A DNA stretch of 42,375 nt, from positions 1 to 42,375 of the forward strand of contig QPMI01000319.1 in NCBI GenBank assembly GCA_004431415.1. Reading direction: 5' to 3'. Within the stretch, counting starts at the first letter, position 1, and each line of letters opens with the position of its first letter. Shown in pieces: positions 1 through 10,880 of the stretch. The position numbers and the translations under genes are program-made. Below the pieces are notes generated by a model that was not told the DNA's origin, did not search any database, and saw nothing but the letters and a program-made list of their open reading frames with translations. The stretch comes from Cyanophora paradoxa CCMP329. Its lineage: Eukaryota > Plantae > Glaucophyta.

Positions 1-456
1 TGGTGAGATCCCCGTCGTCTTGTTGATGTGAGATCGCACTGCAAATAAAGACGATGAAATGAATTTGTCCCAGTTATCGTTGTCTTCGTTAACATAGTTG
101 TAAATAATATTCTTCAGGGTCTGATTCAAACGTTCCACCTTGCCCGTCGCCATCGGACGATAACCAGTGTTGAGAACTGATTTGGTGTCTAGTTTGTTCA
201 ATAAGAGTCTTGTGACGTTGCTCGCGAATGCGCCTCCTTGATCCGTATATATCATCCTTGGTGCGCCATGACGACATAAAATATTCTCATAAATCATATT
301 GCAAGCCGATTTTGCAGACATTGATGGAGTTGCCATTGCTTCTGGATAGCCTGTGTAGACACAAACAGCGGTGCAAATGTAGCGATTTCCACGTGACGTT
401 GTAGGGAGAGGTCCAATGAAATCCAGCTCAACCACTTCAGATGGGCGAGAAGCTGG
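1..456 (-). mobile_element. Ty3/gypsy integrase catalytic core (rve) fragment, runs off the window edge
   Basis: Not in the ORF track. Manual minus-strand translation is open: PASRPSEVVELDFIGPLPTTSRGNRYICTAVCVYTGYPEA...CRHGAPRMIYTDQGGAF...GKVERLNQTLK...NWDKFISSSLFAVRSHINKTTGISP, giving an exact D..D-35-E triad. Confidence 0.92.
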
Positions 457-465
457 GACCGTGTT

Positions 466-1265
466 AGATTTCGGGGGGCGATCGGTGCTGTGAGACTTCG
501 GGGGGCGATCGGGGCAGCCCCGAACCCAACCCCGAAACTAGAAAACTAACACCCTGGGATTTGCCAGAGCACTCTGGCAGGTTTGCCTGATAGGGAGGGG
601 TGTTAGTTTTCTAGTTTCGAGGTTGGGTAGGGGCTGCCCCGATTGCCCCCCCCAATCTCACAGGGGTCCCCACCCCTGCTGTTTCGTGTGGGTGGGGACC
701 CCTGTGAGATTTCGGGGGGCGATGGGGGCAGCACGAAACAGCAGGAAGGGAGCCCTGGGATTCGCCCCAGCACTCTGGCAGGTTTGCATGATAGGGAGGG
801 GTGTTAGTTTTCTAGGTTCGAGGTTGGGTTCGGGGCTGCCCCGATCGCCCCCCGAAATCTCACAGGGGTCCCCACCCACACGAAACAGCAGGCAGGGGGC
901 GCTGGGATCCGCCAGAGCACTCTGGCAGGTTTGCATGATAGGGAGGGGTGTTAGTTTTCTAGTTTCGAGGTTGGGTTTGGGGCTGCCCCCATCGCCCCCC
1001 GAAATCTCACAGGGGTCCCCACCCACACGAAACAGCAGGAAGGGAGCCCTGGGATTCGCCCCAGCACTCTGGCAGGTTTGCATGATAGGGAGGGGTGTTA
1101 GTTTTCTAGGTTCGAGGTTGGGTTCAGGGCTGCCCCGATCGCCCCCCGAAATCTCACAGGGGTCCCCACCCACACGAAACAGCAGGCAGGGGGCGCTGGG
1201 ATCCGCCAGAGCACTCTGGCAGGTTTGCATGATAGGGAGGGGTGTGAGTTTTCTAGTTTTGAGGT
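466..1265. repeat. 147-bp satellite block with orientation switches near 555, 677 and 731
   Basis: Monomer ...ACACGAAACAGCAGGCAGGGAGCGCTGGGATTCGCCAGAGCACTCTGGCAGGTTTGCATGATAGGGAGGGGTGTTAGTTTTCTAGTTTCGAGGTTGGGTTCGGGGCTGCCCCCATCGCCCCCCGAAATCTCACAGGGGTCCCCACCC; translates as a 49-aa repeat. Confidence 0.95.
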
Positions 1266-2096
1266 CAGCCTCAACTTTCTAGGTGACACTGCATCATGAG
1301 GCGCACCCCAAAAGGAAGCCAGGTGCACACAAAACTTTCTCAGGGGGAGACTGCACAAGGCGCTAGCCTTAGGCAGGTGCACCTCACCCAGCCTCAACTT
1401 TCTAGGTGACACTGCATCATGAGGCGCACCCCAAAAGGAAGCCAGGTGCACACAAAACTTTCTCAGGGGGAGAATGCACAAGGCGCTAGCCTTAGGCAGG
1501 TGCACCTCACCCAGCCTCAACTTTCTAGGTGACACTGCATCATGAGGCGCACCCCAAAAGGAAGCCAGGTGCACACAAAACTTTCTCAGGGGGAGACTGC
1601 ACAAGGCGGTAGCCTTAGGCAGGTGCACCTCACCCAGCCTCAACTTTCTAGGTGACACTGCATCATGAGGCGCACCCCAAAAGGAAGCCAGGTGCACACA
1701 AAACTTTCTCAGGGGGAGACTGCACAAGGCGCTAGCCTTAGGCAGGTGCACCTCACCCAGCCTCAACTTTCTAGGTGACACTGCATCATGAGGCGCACCC
1801 CAAAAGGAAGCCAGGTGCACACAAAACTTTCTCAGGGGGAGACTGCACAAGGCGCTAGCCTTACGCAGGTGCACCCCACCCAGCCTCAACTTTCTAGGTG
1901 ACACTGCATCATGAGGCGCACCCCAAAAGGAAGCCAGGTGCACACAAAAATTTCTGGGGGGAGAATGCACAAGGCGGTAGCCTTACGCAGGTGCACCTCA
2001 CCCAGCCTCAACTTTCTAGGTGACACTGCATCATGAGGCGCACCCCAAAAGGAAGCCAGGTGCACACAAACCTTTCTGGGGGGAGACTGCACAAGG
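1266..2096. repeat. 123-bp tandem satellite, about 6.7 near-identical copies
   Basis: CAGCCTCAACTTTCTAGGTGACAC recurs at 1266, 1389, 1512, 1635, 1758, 1881, 2004; 41-aa periodicity in the ORF track. Confidence 0.97.
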
Positions 2097-2431
2097 GCCC
2101 CCCGAAATCTGACAGGGGTCCCCACCCACACGAAACAGCAGGCAGGGAGTACTGGGATCCGCCAGAGCACTCTGGCAGGTTTGCATGATGGGGAGGGGTG
2201 TGAGTTTTCTAGTTTCGAGGTTGGGTTTGGGGCTGCCCCAATCGAATCCCAGCGCTCCCTTCCTGCTGTTTGGTGTGGGTGGGGACCCCTGTGAGATTTT
2301 GGGGGGCGATGGGGGCAGCCCTGAACCCAACCTCGAAACTAGAAAACTAACACCCCTGCCTATCATGCAAACCTGCCAGAGTGCTCTGGGCGAATCCCAG
2401 CGCTCCCTGCCTGCTGTTTCCTGTGGGTGGG

Positions 2432-2531
2432 TGACGGGTAGCGGCCAGAAATGATCAGAGAACACTTGGGAGAACATGTTTACCTGTCATTTGCAAGAGT
2501 CTCGTGTATTTATTCCAGAAGCCAGTACAAG
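2432..2531. other. 100-bp captured fragment, near-identical to ~24692-24791 (region next to the 3' end of gypsy copy B)
   Basis: TGACGGGT(A/T)GCGGCCAGAAATGATCA(G/A)AGAACACTTGGGAGAACATGTTTACC...GCCAGTACAAGCCC occurs at both loci with few differences. Confidence 0.9.
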
Positions 2532-3107
2532 CCCACCCACACGAAACAGCAGGCAGGGAGCGCTGGGATTCGCCAGAGCACCCTGGCAAATTTGCATGAT
2601 AGGAAGGGGTTTTAGTTTTCTAGTTTCGAGGTTGGGTTCGGGGCTGCCCCCATCACCCCCTGAAATCTCACAGGGGTCCCCACCGACACGAAACAGCAGG
2701 CAGGGAGCGCTGGGATCCGCCAGAGCACTCTGGCAGGTTTGCATGATAGGGAGGGGTGTAAGTTTTCTAGTTTCGGGGTTGGGTTCGGGGCTGCCACCAT
2801 CGCCCCCCGAAATCTCACAGGGGTCCCCACCCACAGGAAACAGCAGGCAGGGAGTGCTGGGATTTGCCAGAGCACCCTGGCAAATTTGCATGATAGGGAG
2901 GGGTGTAAGTTTTCGAGTTTCGGGGTTGGGTTCGGGGCTGCCACCATCGCCCCCCGAAATCTCACAGGGGTCCCCACCCACACGAAACAGCAGGCAGGGA
3001 GCGCTGGGATTCGCCAGAGCACTCTGGCAGGTTTGCATGATAGGGAGGGGTGTAAGTTTTCTAGTTTCGGGGTTGGGTTCGGGGCTGCCACCATCGCCCC
3101 CCGAAAT

Positions 3108-3247
3108 TCTAGCACTAAAGCCAACTGTCCATGAGCAGGGCCGGGCAGGGACAGTACCTGTAAAGGTACAGGAGGTTCCCACCTGGGCCTTATTGGACAC
3201 AGGAGCAGACGTTTCTTTGGCCTCACAAAAATTGCTAAACAAGTTGC
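3108..3247 (+). mobile_element. Retropepsin (LTR retrotransposon aspartic protease) active-site fragment
   Basis: VPVKVQEVPTWALLDTGADVSLASQKLLNKL contains the LLDTGA motif. Confidence 0.88.
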
Positions 3248-4660
3248 CGGGGGGCGATGGGGGCAGCCCTGAACCCAACGCCCAAACTAGAAAACTAACA
3301 CCCCTCCCTATCATGCAAACCTGCCAGAGTGCTCTGGCGGATCCCAGCGCTCCCTTCCTTCTGTTTCGTGTGGGTGGGGACCCCTGTGAAATTTCGGGGG
3401 GCAATGGGGGCAGCCCCGCACCCAACCTCGAAACTAGAAAGCTAACACCCCTCCCTATCATGCAAACCTGCCAGAGTGCTCTGGCGGATCCCAGCACTCC
3501 CTGCCTGCTGTTTCGTGTGGGTGGGGACCCCTGTGAGATTTTGCAAACCTGCCAGAGTGCTCTGGCGAATCCCAGCGCTCCCTGCCTGCTGTTTCGTGTG
3601 GGTGGGGACCCCTGTGGAATTTCGGGGGGCGATCGGGGCAGCCCCGAACCCATAAGGGGCGATGGGGGCAGCCCCAAACCCAACCTCGAAACTAGAAAAC
3701 TCACACCCCTCCCCATCATGCAAACCTGCCAGAGTGCTCTGGCGAATCCCAGCGCTACCCGCCTGCTGTTTCGTGTGGGTGGGGACCCCTGTGAGATTTC
3801 GGGGGGCGATTGGGGCAGCCCCAAACCCAACCTCGAAACTAGAAAACTAACACCCCTCCCTATCATGCAAACCTGCCAGAGTGCTCTGGCGAATCCCAGC
3901 ACTCTGTTTTGTGTGGGTGGGGACCCCTGTGAAATTTCGGGGGGCGGTAGGGGCCACCCCGAACCCAACCTTGAAACTAGAAAACTAACACCCCTCCCTA
4001 TCATGCAAACCTGCCAGAGTGCTCTGGCAGATCCCAGCGCTCCCTGCCTGCTGTTTCGTGTGGGTGGGGACCCCTGTGAGATTTCGGGGGGCGATGGGGG
4101 CAGCCTCGCACCCAACCTTGAAACTAAAAATCTAACACCCCTCCCTTTCATACAAACCTGCCAGAGTGCTCTGGCAGATCCCAGCACTCCCTGCCTGCTG
4201 TTTCGTGTGGGTGGGGACCCCTGTGAGATTTAAGGGGCGATGGGGGCAGCCCCGAACCCAACCTCGAGAAACTAGAAAACTCATACCCCTCCCCATCATG
4301 CAAACCTGCCAGAGTGCTCCAGCGAATCCCAGCGCTCCTTGCCTGCTGTTTCATGTGGGTGGGGACCCCTGTGAAATTTCGGGGGGCGATTGGGGCAGCC
4401 CCAAACCCAACCTCGAAACTAGAAAACTCACACCCCTCCCTATCATGCAAACCTGCCAGAGTGCTCTGGCGGATCCCAGCGCTCCCTTCCTTCTGTTTCG
4501 TGTGGGTGGGGACCCCTGTGAGATTTGGGGGGGCAATATGGGCAGCCCCGCACCCAACCTTGAAACTAAAAAACTAACACCCCTCCCTATCATGCAAACC
4601 TGCCAGAGTGCTCTGGCGAATCCCAGCGCTCCCTGCCTGCTGTTTCGTGTGGGTGGGGAC

Positions 4661-4807
4661 CAGCAAAAAGCCAATCGCAAATCCTGGAGGGCTGACCGAT
4701 CCATCGAACACACAGGATTTCTTGTGGACTATACGAATCCCATTCGTCTTAATGGCAAGATCCAATGCAAGGGTGACCCATTCCGCAAACTCCTCTGGGG
4801 TCTCCTT
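4661..4807. other. 147-bp non-satellite insert flanked by a short direct duplication
   Basis: TGGGTGGGGACC at 4650-4661 and 4807-4818; plus frame reads QQKANRKSWRADRSIEHTGFLVDYTNPIRLNGKIQCKGDPFRKLLWGLL; origin not recognised. Confidence 0.75.
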
Positions 4808-5593
4808 GGGTGGGGACCCCTGTGAGGTTCAGGGGGCAATCGGGGCAGCCCCGCACCCAACCTTGAAACTAGAAAACTCACACCCCTCGCTATCATGCAA
4901 ATCTGCCAGAGTGCTCTGGCGGATCCAAGCGCTCCCTGCCTGCTGTTTCGTGTGGGGACCCCTGTGAGATTTCGGGGGGCGCTCCCTGCCTGCTGTTTCG
5001 TGTGGGTGGGGACCCCTGTGAGATTTTGGGGGGATGGGGGCAGCCCTGAACTCAACCTCGAAACTAGAAAACTAACACCCCTCCCTATCATGCAAACCTG
5101 CCAGAGTGCTCTGGCGAATCCCAGCGCTCCCTGCCTGCTGTTTCCTGTGGGTGGGGACCCCTGTGAGATTACGGGGGCAATGGGGGCAGCCCCGAACCCA
5201 ACCTCGAAACTAGAAAACTAACACCCCTCCCTATCATGCAAACCTGCCAGAGTGCTCTGGCCAATCCCAGCGCTCCCTGCCTGCTGTTTTGTGTGGGTGA
5301 GGACCCCTGTGAGATTTTGGGGGGCAATGGGGGCAGCCCCGCACCCAACCTCGAAACTAGAAAACTAACACCCCTCCCTATCATGCAAACCTGCCAGAGT
5401 GCTCTGGCGAATCCCAGCGCTCCCTTCCTGCGGTTTCGTGTGGGTGGGGACCCCTGTGAGATTTCCGGGGGCGATCGGGGCAGCCCCGAACCCAACCCCG
5501 AAACTAGAAAACTAACACCCCTCCCTATCATGCAAACCTGCCAGAGTGCTCTGGCGAATCCCAGCGCTCCCTGCCTGCTGTTTCGTGTGGGTG

Positions 5594-6862
5594 AAGTCTC
5601 TACAATTGCACCTTCATTCGATAAAGGGTACTTCGAAAAGATCAAGTCGCAAATTGATTATGGATTTTCAGGAGCTACAGCTGATCAGAAGGAAAAGATA
5701 GAGGCTTTGTTGCGAAACAATTGTGATGTGTTTGTAGAAAAGTTTGTTTTTGATCCCAAGGCTTGTTTACCAGGTGAGCATTCTATCAACACTGGATCTT
5801 CACTTCCCATTAATTCAAGGCCTATGCACTGGTCTCCTAAGGATAGAGCACTTTTCAAAACAACACTGGAAGATTTGATTTCCAGAAACATTGCTGAGCC
5901 TTCGCAGAGTCCTTGGTCAGCACCAGCTTTCTTTGTTACAAAGCAAGGCACAGATGAAATGCGGCTAGTCACTGATTATCGCAAGTTGAATGCAATTACA
6001 AAGAAGAATGTGTATCCTCTTCCCAAGATTCAGGACATGTTGGATGCCCTCCAAGGCAACCAGTTTTTCTCCACAATGGACTTTTCAAGTGGGTTCTGGC
6101 AAGTTAAGATGAAGGATCAAGACAAAGAAAAGACAGCATTCAAAACGCCGTTTGGATTATTTCAGCTAAAAGTGATGGCGATGGGGCTCACTAATGCACC
6201 CCCAACCTTTCAGTCTATAATGGAAGGAATGTTGAACGATTATCTGTGGATATTTGTGCTTGTTTTTATTGACGATTTGATTACTTTCTCAAAGTCTTTT
6301 GAAGAACATTGCACCCATTTGCAGAAAGTGTTCAACAGGCTGCGGAAAAACCACGCAAAGTTAAAACCTAGTAAGTGTCACCTATTCAAAAAGGAGTTGA
6401 AATTTCTTGGGCATATTGTTGATGGAACTGGAAGGAGTCCCGATCCAGCAAAGTTAAAGGCCATTGACGAGTTTCCACAGCCAACAGATGTATCCAGTTT
6501 GCGATCTTTCTTGGGAACTTGCAACTATTATAGGGACAATGTCCAAAATTTCTCGCAAATCACATCTGATTTATATGAATTGACACAGAAGAATATTGAA
6601 TGGAAGTGGACAGACCACCATCAGCAACTCTTTGAGCAGGTGAAGCAAGAGTTATTGAAAAAGACTGTTCTCCACTTCCCTGATTTCAACAAGCATTTCA
6701 TTCTTGAAACTGATGCCAGTGATAAAGGCATTGGAGGTATACTATCGCAGGAGAAGGATGGAAAAATCATGCCAGTTTACTTCTATAGCAGAAAATGGAG
6801 AAAAGAAGAAAGAAATATGCCAGCTTCGGAGGCTGAATGTGCAGCTGTTGTTGATTGTCTCA
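5594..6862 (+). mobile_element. pol: Ty3/gypsy pol fragment (RT plus N-terminal RNase H), family A
   Basis: SPWSAPAFFV, RLVTDYRKLN, YPLPKI, FSTMDFSSGFWQV, KTAF, MGLTNAPPTFQ, VFIDD, FLGH, FILETDASDKGIGGILSQ. Stop-free; the ORF-track N-terminus (5236-5593) is satellite. Homologous to 32392-34000. Confidence 0.95.
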
Positions 6863-7148
6863 ATAGTATCTTGGATTTGTAGTTACTAGACAGGGCATCA
6901 AGCCCTCTGCCACAAAGGTGGAGGCTGTTCGCAAGTTTGCGACCCCCAAATCTGTATCAGAAGTTAGGACTTTTCTTGGAATGACTGGATATTATAGAAT
7001 TTTTGTACCTTTATATGCAGTTCTTGCAGCGCCACTCTATGATCTTTGCGCCAAGAGTTCACATTTTCATTGGACTGCTCGAGAGGATCTGGCTTTTCGG
7101 AAATTAAAAGAGTTGCTTTGTTCTGCTCCCATTCTTTCGCAGCCCTGA
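6863..7148 (+). mobile_element. pol: Second gypsy RT thumb/connection fragment, family B-like
   Basis: YLGFVVTRQGIKPSATKVEAVRKFATPKSVSEVRTFLGMTGYYR...KLKELLCSAPILSQP aligns to YLGFVVCREGIKP...SVSEVRSFLG...KLKELLCSSPILAYP in ORF 25194-27137. Confidence 0.9.
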
Positions 7149-7831
7149 ACCCAACATCGAAACTAGAAAACTAACACCCCCCCCTTTCATGCAAACCTGC
7201 CAGAGTGCTCTGGCGAATCCCAGTGCTCCCTGCCTGCTGTTTCTTGTGGGTGGGGACCCCTGTGAGATTTCGGGGGGCGATCGGGGTGTAAGGAAGGGGC
7301 GTTAGTTTTCTGGTTTCCAGGTTGGGTTTGGGGCTGCCCCTATCGCCCCCCAAAATCTCACAGGGGTCCCCACCCACACCAAACAGCAGGCAGGGAGCGC
7401 TGGGATTCGCCAGAGCACTCTGGAGGGGTGTTAGTTTTCTATTCGAGGTTGCCCCATCCATTGCACATCATCCTCAGGCACGCAGAAGCGGGATCATGCC
7501 ACATTGGTGTGGCTGCACCGATTGCCCCCCGAATTCTCACAGGGGTCCCCACGCACATGCAACAGCAGGAAGGGAGCGCTGAGATTCGCCAGAGCACTCT
7601 GGCAGGTTTGCATGATAGGAAGGGGTGTTAGTATTCTAGTTTCGAGGTTGGGTTCAGGGCTGCCCCCATCGCCCCCGAAATCTCACAGAGGGGAGGGGTG
7701 TTAGATTTCTAGTTTCGAGGTTGGGTTCGGGGCTGCCCCGATCGCCCCCGGAAATCTCACAGGGGTCCCCACCCACACGAAACAGCAGGCAGGGAGAGCT
7801 GGGATTCGCCAGAGCACTCTGGCAGGTTTGC
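7139..7831. repeat. Rearranged 147-bp satellite block with an inversion near 7288 and a ~55-bp insert at ~7457-7510
   Basis: Satellite motifs with internal deletions and more divergent monomers. Confidence 0.9.
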
Positions 7832-7976
7832 ACCTGTGCATGCTGTCGGGGGTACTTGAGGGAGCTAGATTCGATTATGAAGTCACTTGAACACAGTTGC
7901 GAGTCTGTGCTGGCGGAAGTTGAGGGGAGCAGTCGTTGTGGAGTGCCGCCTGGAGTAATTCGTGCGGCGACCTGGG

Positions 7977-8241
7977 AAGCTAAACCCCTGACAAAACTAG
8001 AAATCTATACGAGAGCAGGACTGGTTCCGGTTCCTAAAATCCACCAGCCTAACAAAACATTTAAATTCCTTGGGGTTTGGTTCACGATGACACTGAACTG
8101 GACGCACCAATTCCAGAACATGCTCGAGAAGGCCAAGATGGCAGCAGCTATCCTCCGACCAAAACGCCTGACAGACACAGAAATCATCTTCCTCACCCAC
8201 GTAGTGATAATGCCACGGATCACATACGGACTCACATACGG
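7977..8241 (+). mobile_element. Non-LTR (LINE) reverse transcriptase C-terminal/thumb fragment
   Basis: TFKFLGVWFTMTLNWTHQ...PKRLTDTEIIFLTHVVIMPRITYG matches the LINE (Y/F)K(Y/F)LG ... P-x-hydrophobic-x-Y pattern; 7977-8150 is identical by eye to 14132-14305. Confidence 0.8.
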
Positions 8242-8930
8242 CATCATCTGTACCTCGGTGCGCGCGACGCCCCGCCGCGTCTATGCGTCGCGAACTCGCG
8301 CACACTCACTCCGTTACAGGCGTGCTGCATCATGGACGACCCGTACGGCCACCCCTGGGCGAACCGGTGGAAGTGCCCCAAGGCGCAAGACGACTTCATC
8401 AAGAAGACCGCCTACTACGCGGCCGCCAAGGAAGTGCGTGTCTGCGGCGCGCCCGCGGGCTCCGCGGTGGCGAAAGCGGCCGCCGAAGCGGCTCGGGCGG
8501 CCGCCGCGCGCTCCGCCACCGACACCTTCCAGACGGACCTCGCGCGCACGCGCGCCGCCGTCAACGCCGACGCTGACGCCTCCGTCGTGTCCGCCGCCTC
8601 CGTCAGCACCACGAGCAGCGCGGTCCGCCGCTTCAGCCTCCTCGACATGCAACGCCCGGTCCACCGGCACAAGTCTCCGTCCGAGGCGAGCCCCGCGCAC
8701 CCGCCCGTCGCTTTCGGAATGACCGACCCCGCTGCCCGCAGATGCGTCGCAACGAGCGTCGTGCGGCTGAGCGCGAAGCCGCCGCCGCCGCCGCCGCTGC
8801 CGGCATGATGCCGGCCCCGCCAGCCCCGCGCCAGCAGACCGGCCGCGAGAGCAAGCGCCGGCTCGCCCAGAAGGCCGCGGAGATCGCCGCCAACAAGGCG
8901 GCCAAACGCTACCTCAACCAGGCAGCGTAG
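8242..8930 (+). pseudogene. 3' portion of a GC-rich spliced host-type gene (putative introns 8258-8319 and 8434-8741)
   Basis: GTGCGC...CTCAC...TTACAG (62 nt) and GTGCGT...CCCGCAG (308 nt), both phase 0, join ICTS|ACCIMDDPYGHPWANRWKCPKAQDDFIKKTAYYAAAKE|MRRNERR...RYLNQAA*. Confidence 0.5.
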
Positions 8931-9786
8931 CCTCGAAGGCGGGAGGCTCCGGCTCACGGCCGCCCGGAGCTATCGAGCAGCTAGCTCCTTTCCTCTCCTG
9001 TGCAGGAGACCCTTTCTCTAGCTATCTTTCCTTTCTTTGGACAATCTTTTCTTTCAGTCGAATGAACTTTCACGTCTACAACAGTAGATTTCATGGGGCT
9101 GTGCCCCTAGCCTGGAACTGATGTTCTCCTCCCCGGGCTCAGCCCCTAATGTGAACGCGAAGGCCTTTTTGGAAGTTTTTTGCCTTCGTCCTCCTGCAAT
9201 ATAGATAGGAAGAGGGGGGGGGGGGTTCGGAGTGGGGGGGGGCGAGGCTAGGACGAGGGTGCTCGCATAGGTAAGGACGCGCCCGCTCAGGACCCCACGG
9301 CGGCGACGGGAGCGGGAGGAGGCCAAGCTGGAGGAGACTCGAACGCGGCGTCGGCAGGGCCCAGCGGGCCCGTAAGGCCGAGGTTTAGGAGCTTCGGCTC
9401 CCCACGTTCGGCCAGCGACGCCCTGCTCCCAACACCCCGCCGCACCCGTGGACTTGGGCGGCGCGATCCAAGACCCAGCGCAACAACCTGAACCTACCCT
9501 CCCATCTCTCCCTCCCCACCTCCCCTCTCAACTCCCCCCTTCACGAGCGACCCACGGCCATGTTTTAAAACCAGCAAGAGGGCATCTAGGACCGTGTAGC
9601 TCAGCATGCCTACGCCTCCTACTTGAGGACCGGCGCATATTATGTGTTGGGGGCGACCTGACGGCTACAGCTTCAGCATCAGCTCGACTACGACAACAAG
9701 CTATAGAACCGAGCTCGCCCTTTTCCTCAGTGTAGCTTGGCTTTCCCAGTATCCGGTAGGCGCGGAGCGGGGGACTGCTGTCATGT

Positions 9787-10880
9787 GTGTACGAATGGAG
9801 CAGACTTTCCAAAAAAAAAGGAGACGTTCCAGCAGCTATAGATGGGCTCCGTCAGCAGATACAAGACATGACGCGAAATGCAGCAGATAGTTTGCGACCA
9901 CTCGTCGAGACAGCAGAGAGGGCAGTCACAGAGGAATCGGGGGCGGGGGTTCTGTTTCCTGTCAGTCGAGCAACCTCAGGGGGCATCGAGAACGCAGCTG
10001 GATCATTAGCCGGACGTGCAACAGATGCTATAACAGCTGTTGGGGGGATCCCTAAGGACATAGGGGGATGGGCTTTAGGGCCAGCGTTTGATAGGAGATT
10101 TGGTTGGCCCGCCCGCCCATCCAGTTCTAGTCAAGGGAGCAGCGAGGTTCTCAGTGCTGTCACCGCAACCCCTCGGGCAGCGCTGGACACAGTAGGTCGA
10201 GCATTGGCAAATGCAGCCTCGGACGCAACAGCAGCCCTTCAATCAGCTCCAGCGAGGATAGCAGAGGTGATGGCGGGGGTAGATGATGCCTTGAGGCCAG
10301 CAAGGTACAGATCGCGCCGCTCCAGTTTCAGCGATCTATTGACCACCAATATTCAACCTCGGTCTGTACAAAGGCCCATTCCTGGCAACGACTTTCTTCG
10401 ACCATTGAATAGCAAGGATCAAAATGATTACATTCCGGATTTGAGCCCACCCGTAGATGCTGCCAGTTCCAGCGCGCGCGTTAATCCACTCGAACGGTTT
10501 CGCAGGGGGCTCCTGATCGGCGTACCAACCACCCTTGGAATCATCGGAACCGCCCTGGGGCTTGGGTTTGGCCTAGCACGCAAGAAGGAAGAAGCACCTC
10601 CTGCCACTATTCCAACCCAACCGGAAAAAGACTAGCCCCTGCCATCAACCCGACCCCTGTGGTTTGACGAAAAAGGTTGCCTGAAGCAGATTTACTTTGA
10701 CCAGCTTGCCGGCAATCCTCTCTACCTCGAGTTTCTCATGGATGCGAGCGAGGAGTACAAGGCCGGTTCAAACTGGGATACCTGCAACCCTCCAGAGTGG
10801 TACAGGCAGAAAAAGAAGCCGACAGCCCCGCCCCCAGTTGCTCCGGGGCAGCCAGGGGCCCCAGCACAGCCCCCCCCCCT
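9787..10880 (+). CDS. Ala-rich unknown protein with one TM helix; frame continues past an in-frame TAG at 10633-10635
   Basis: 282-aa ORF with GLLIGVPTTLGIIGTALGLGFGLARKKEE; after the TAG the frame reads PLPSTRPLWFDEKGCLKQIYFDQLAGNPLYLEFLMDASEEYKAGSNWDTCNPPEWY. Start and end uncertain. Confidence 0.5.

Larger units (their letters stand above)
2097..5593. repeat. 147-bp satellite block with inversions, partial monomers and three short foreign inserts
   Basis: Same monomer; orientation flips near 2244, 2432/2532 and 3107/3248; inserts at 2432-2531, 3108-3247 and 4661-4807. Confidence 0.95.

Noticed and set aside
1098-2170. 41-aa repeat protein
   Set aside because: Translation of the 123-bp satellite.
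623-5593. Long repeat-protein genes (MIGRGVSFLV... / MQTCQSALANP...) here and in all satellite blocks
   Set aside because: They are translations of a 49-codon satellite on both strands, with arbitrary starts and ends.
8931-9560. rDNA spacer, structured RNA or DIRS terminus in the GC-rich tracts (also 13620-14045)
   Set aside because: No recognisable rRNA, tRNA or element-end motif; left unassigned.
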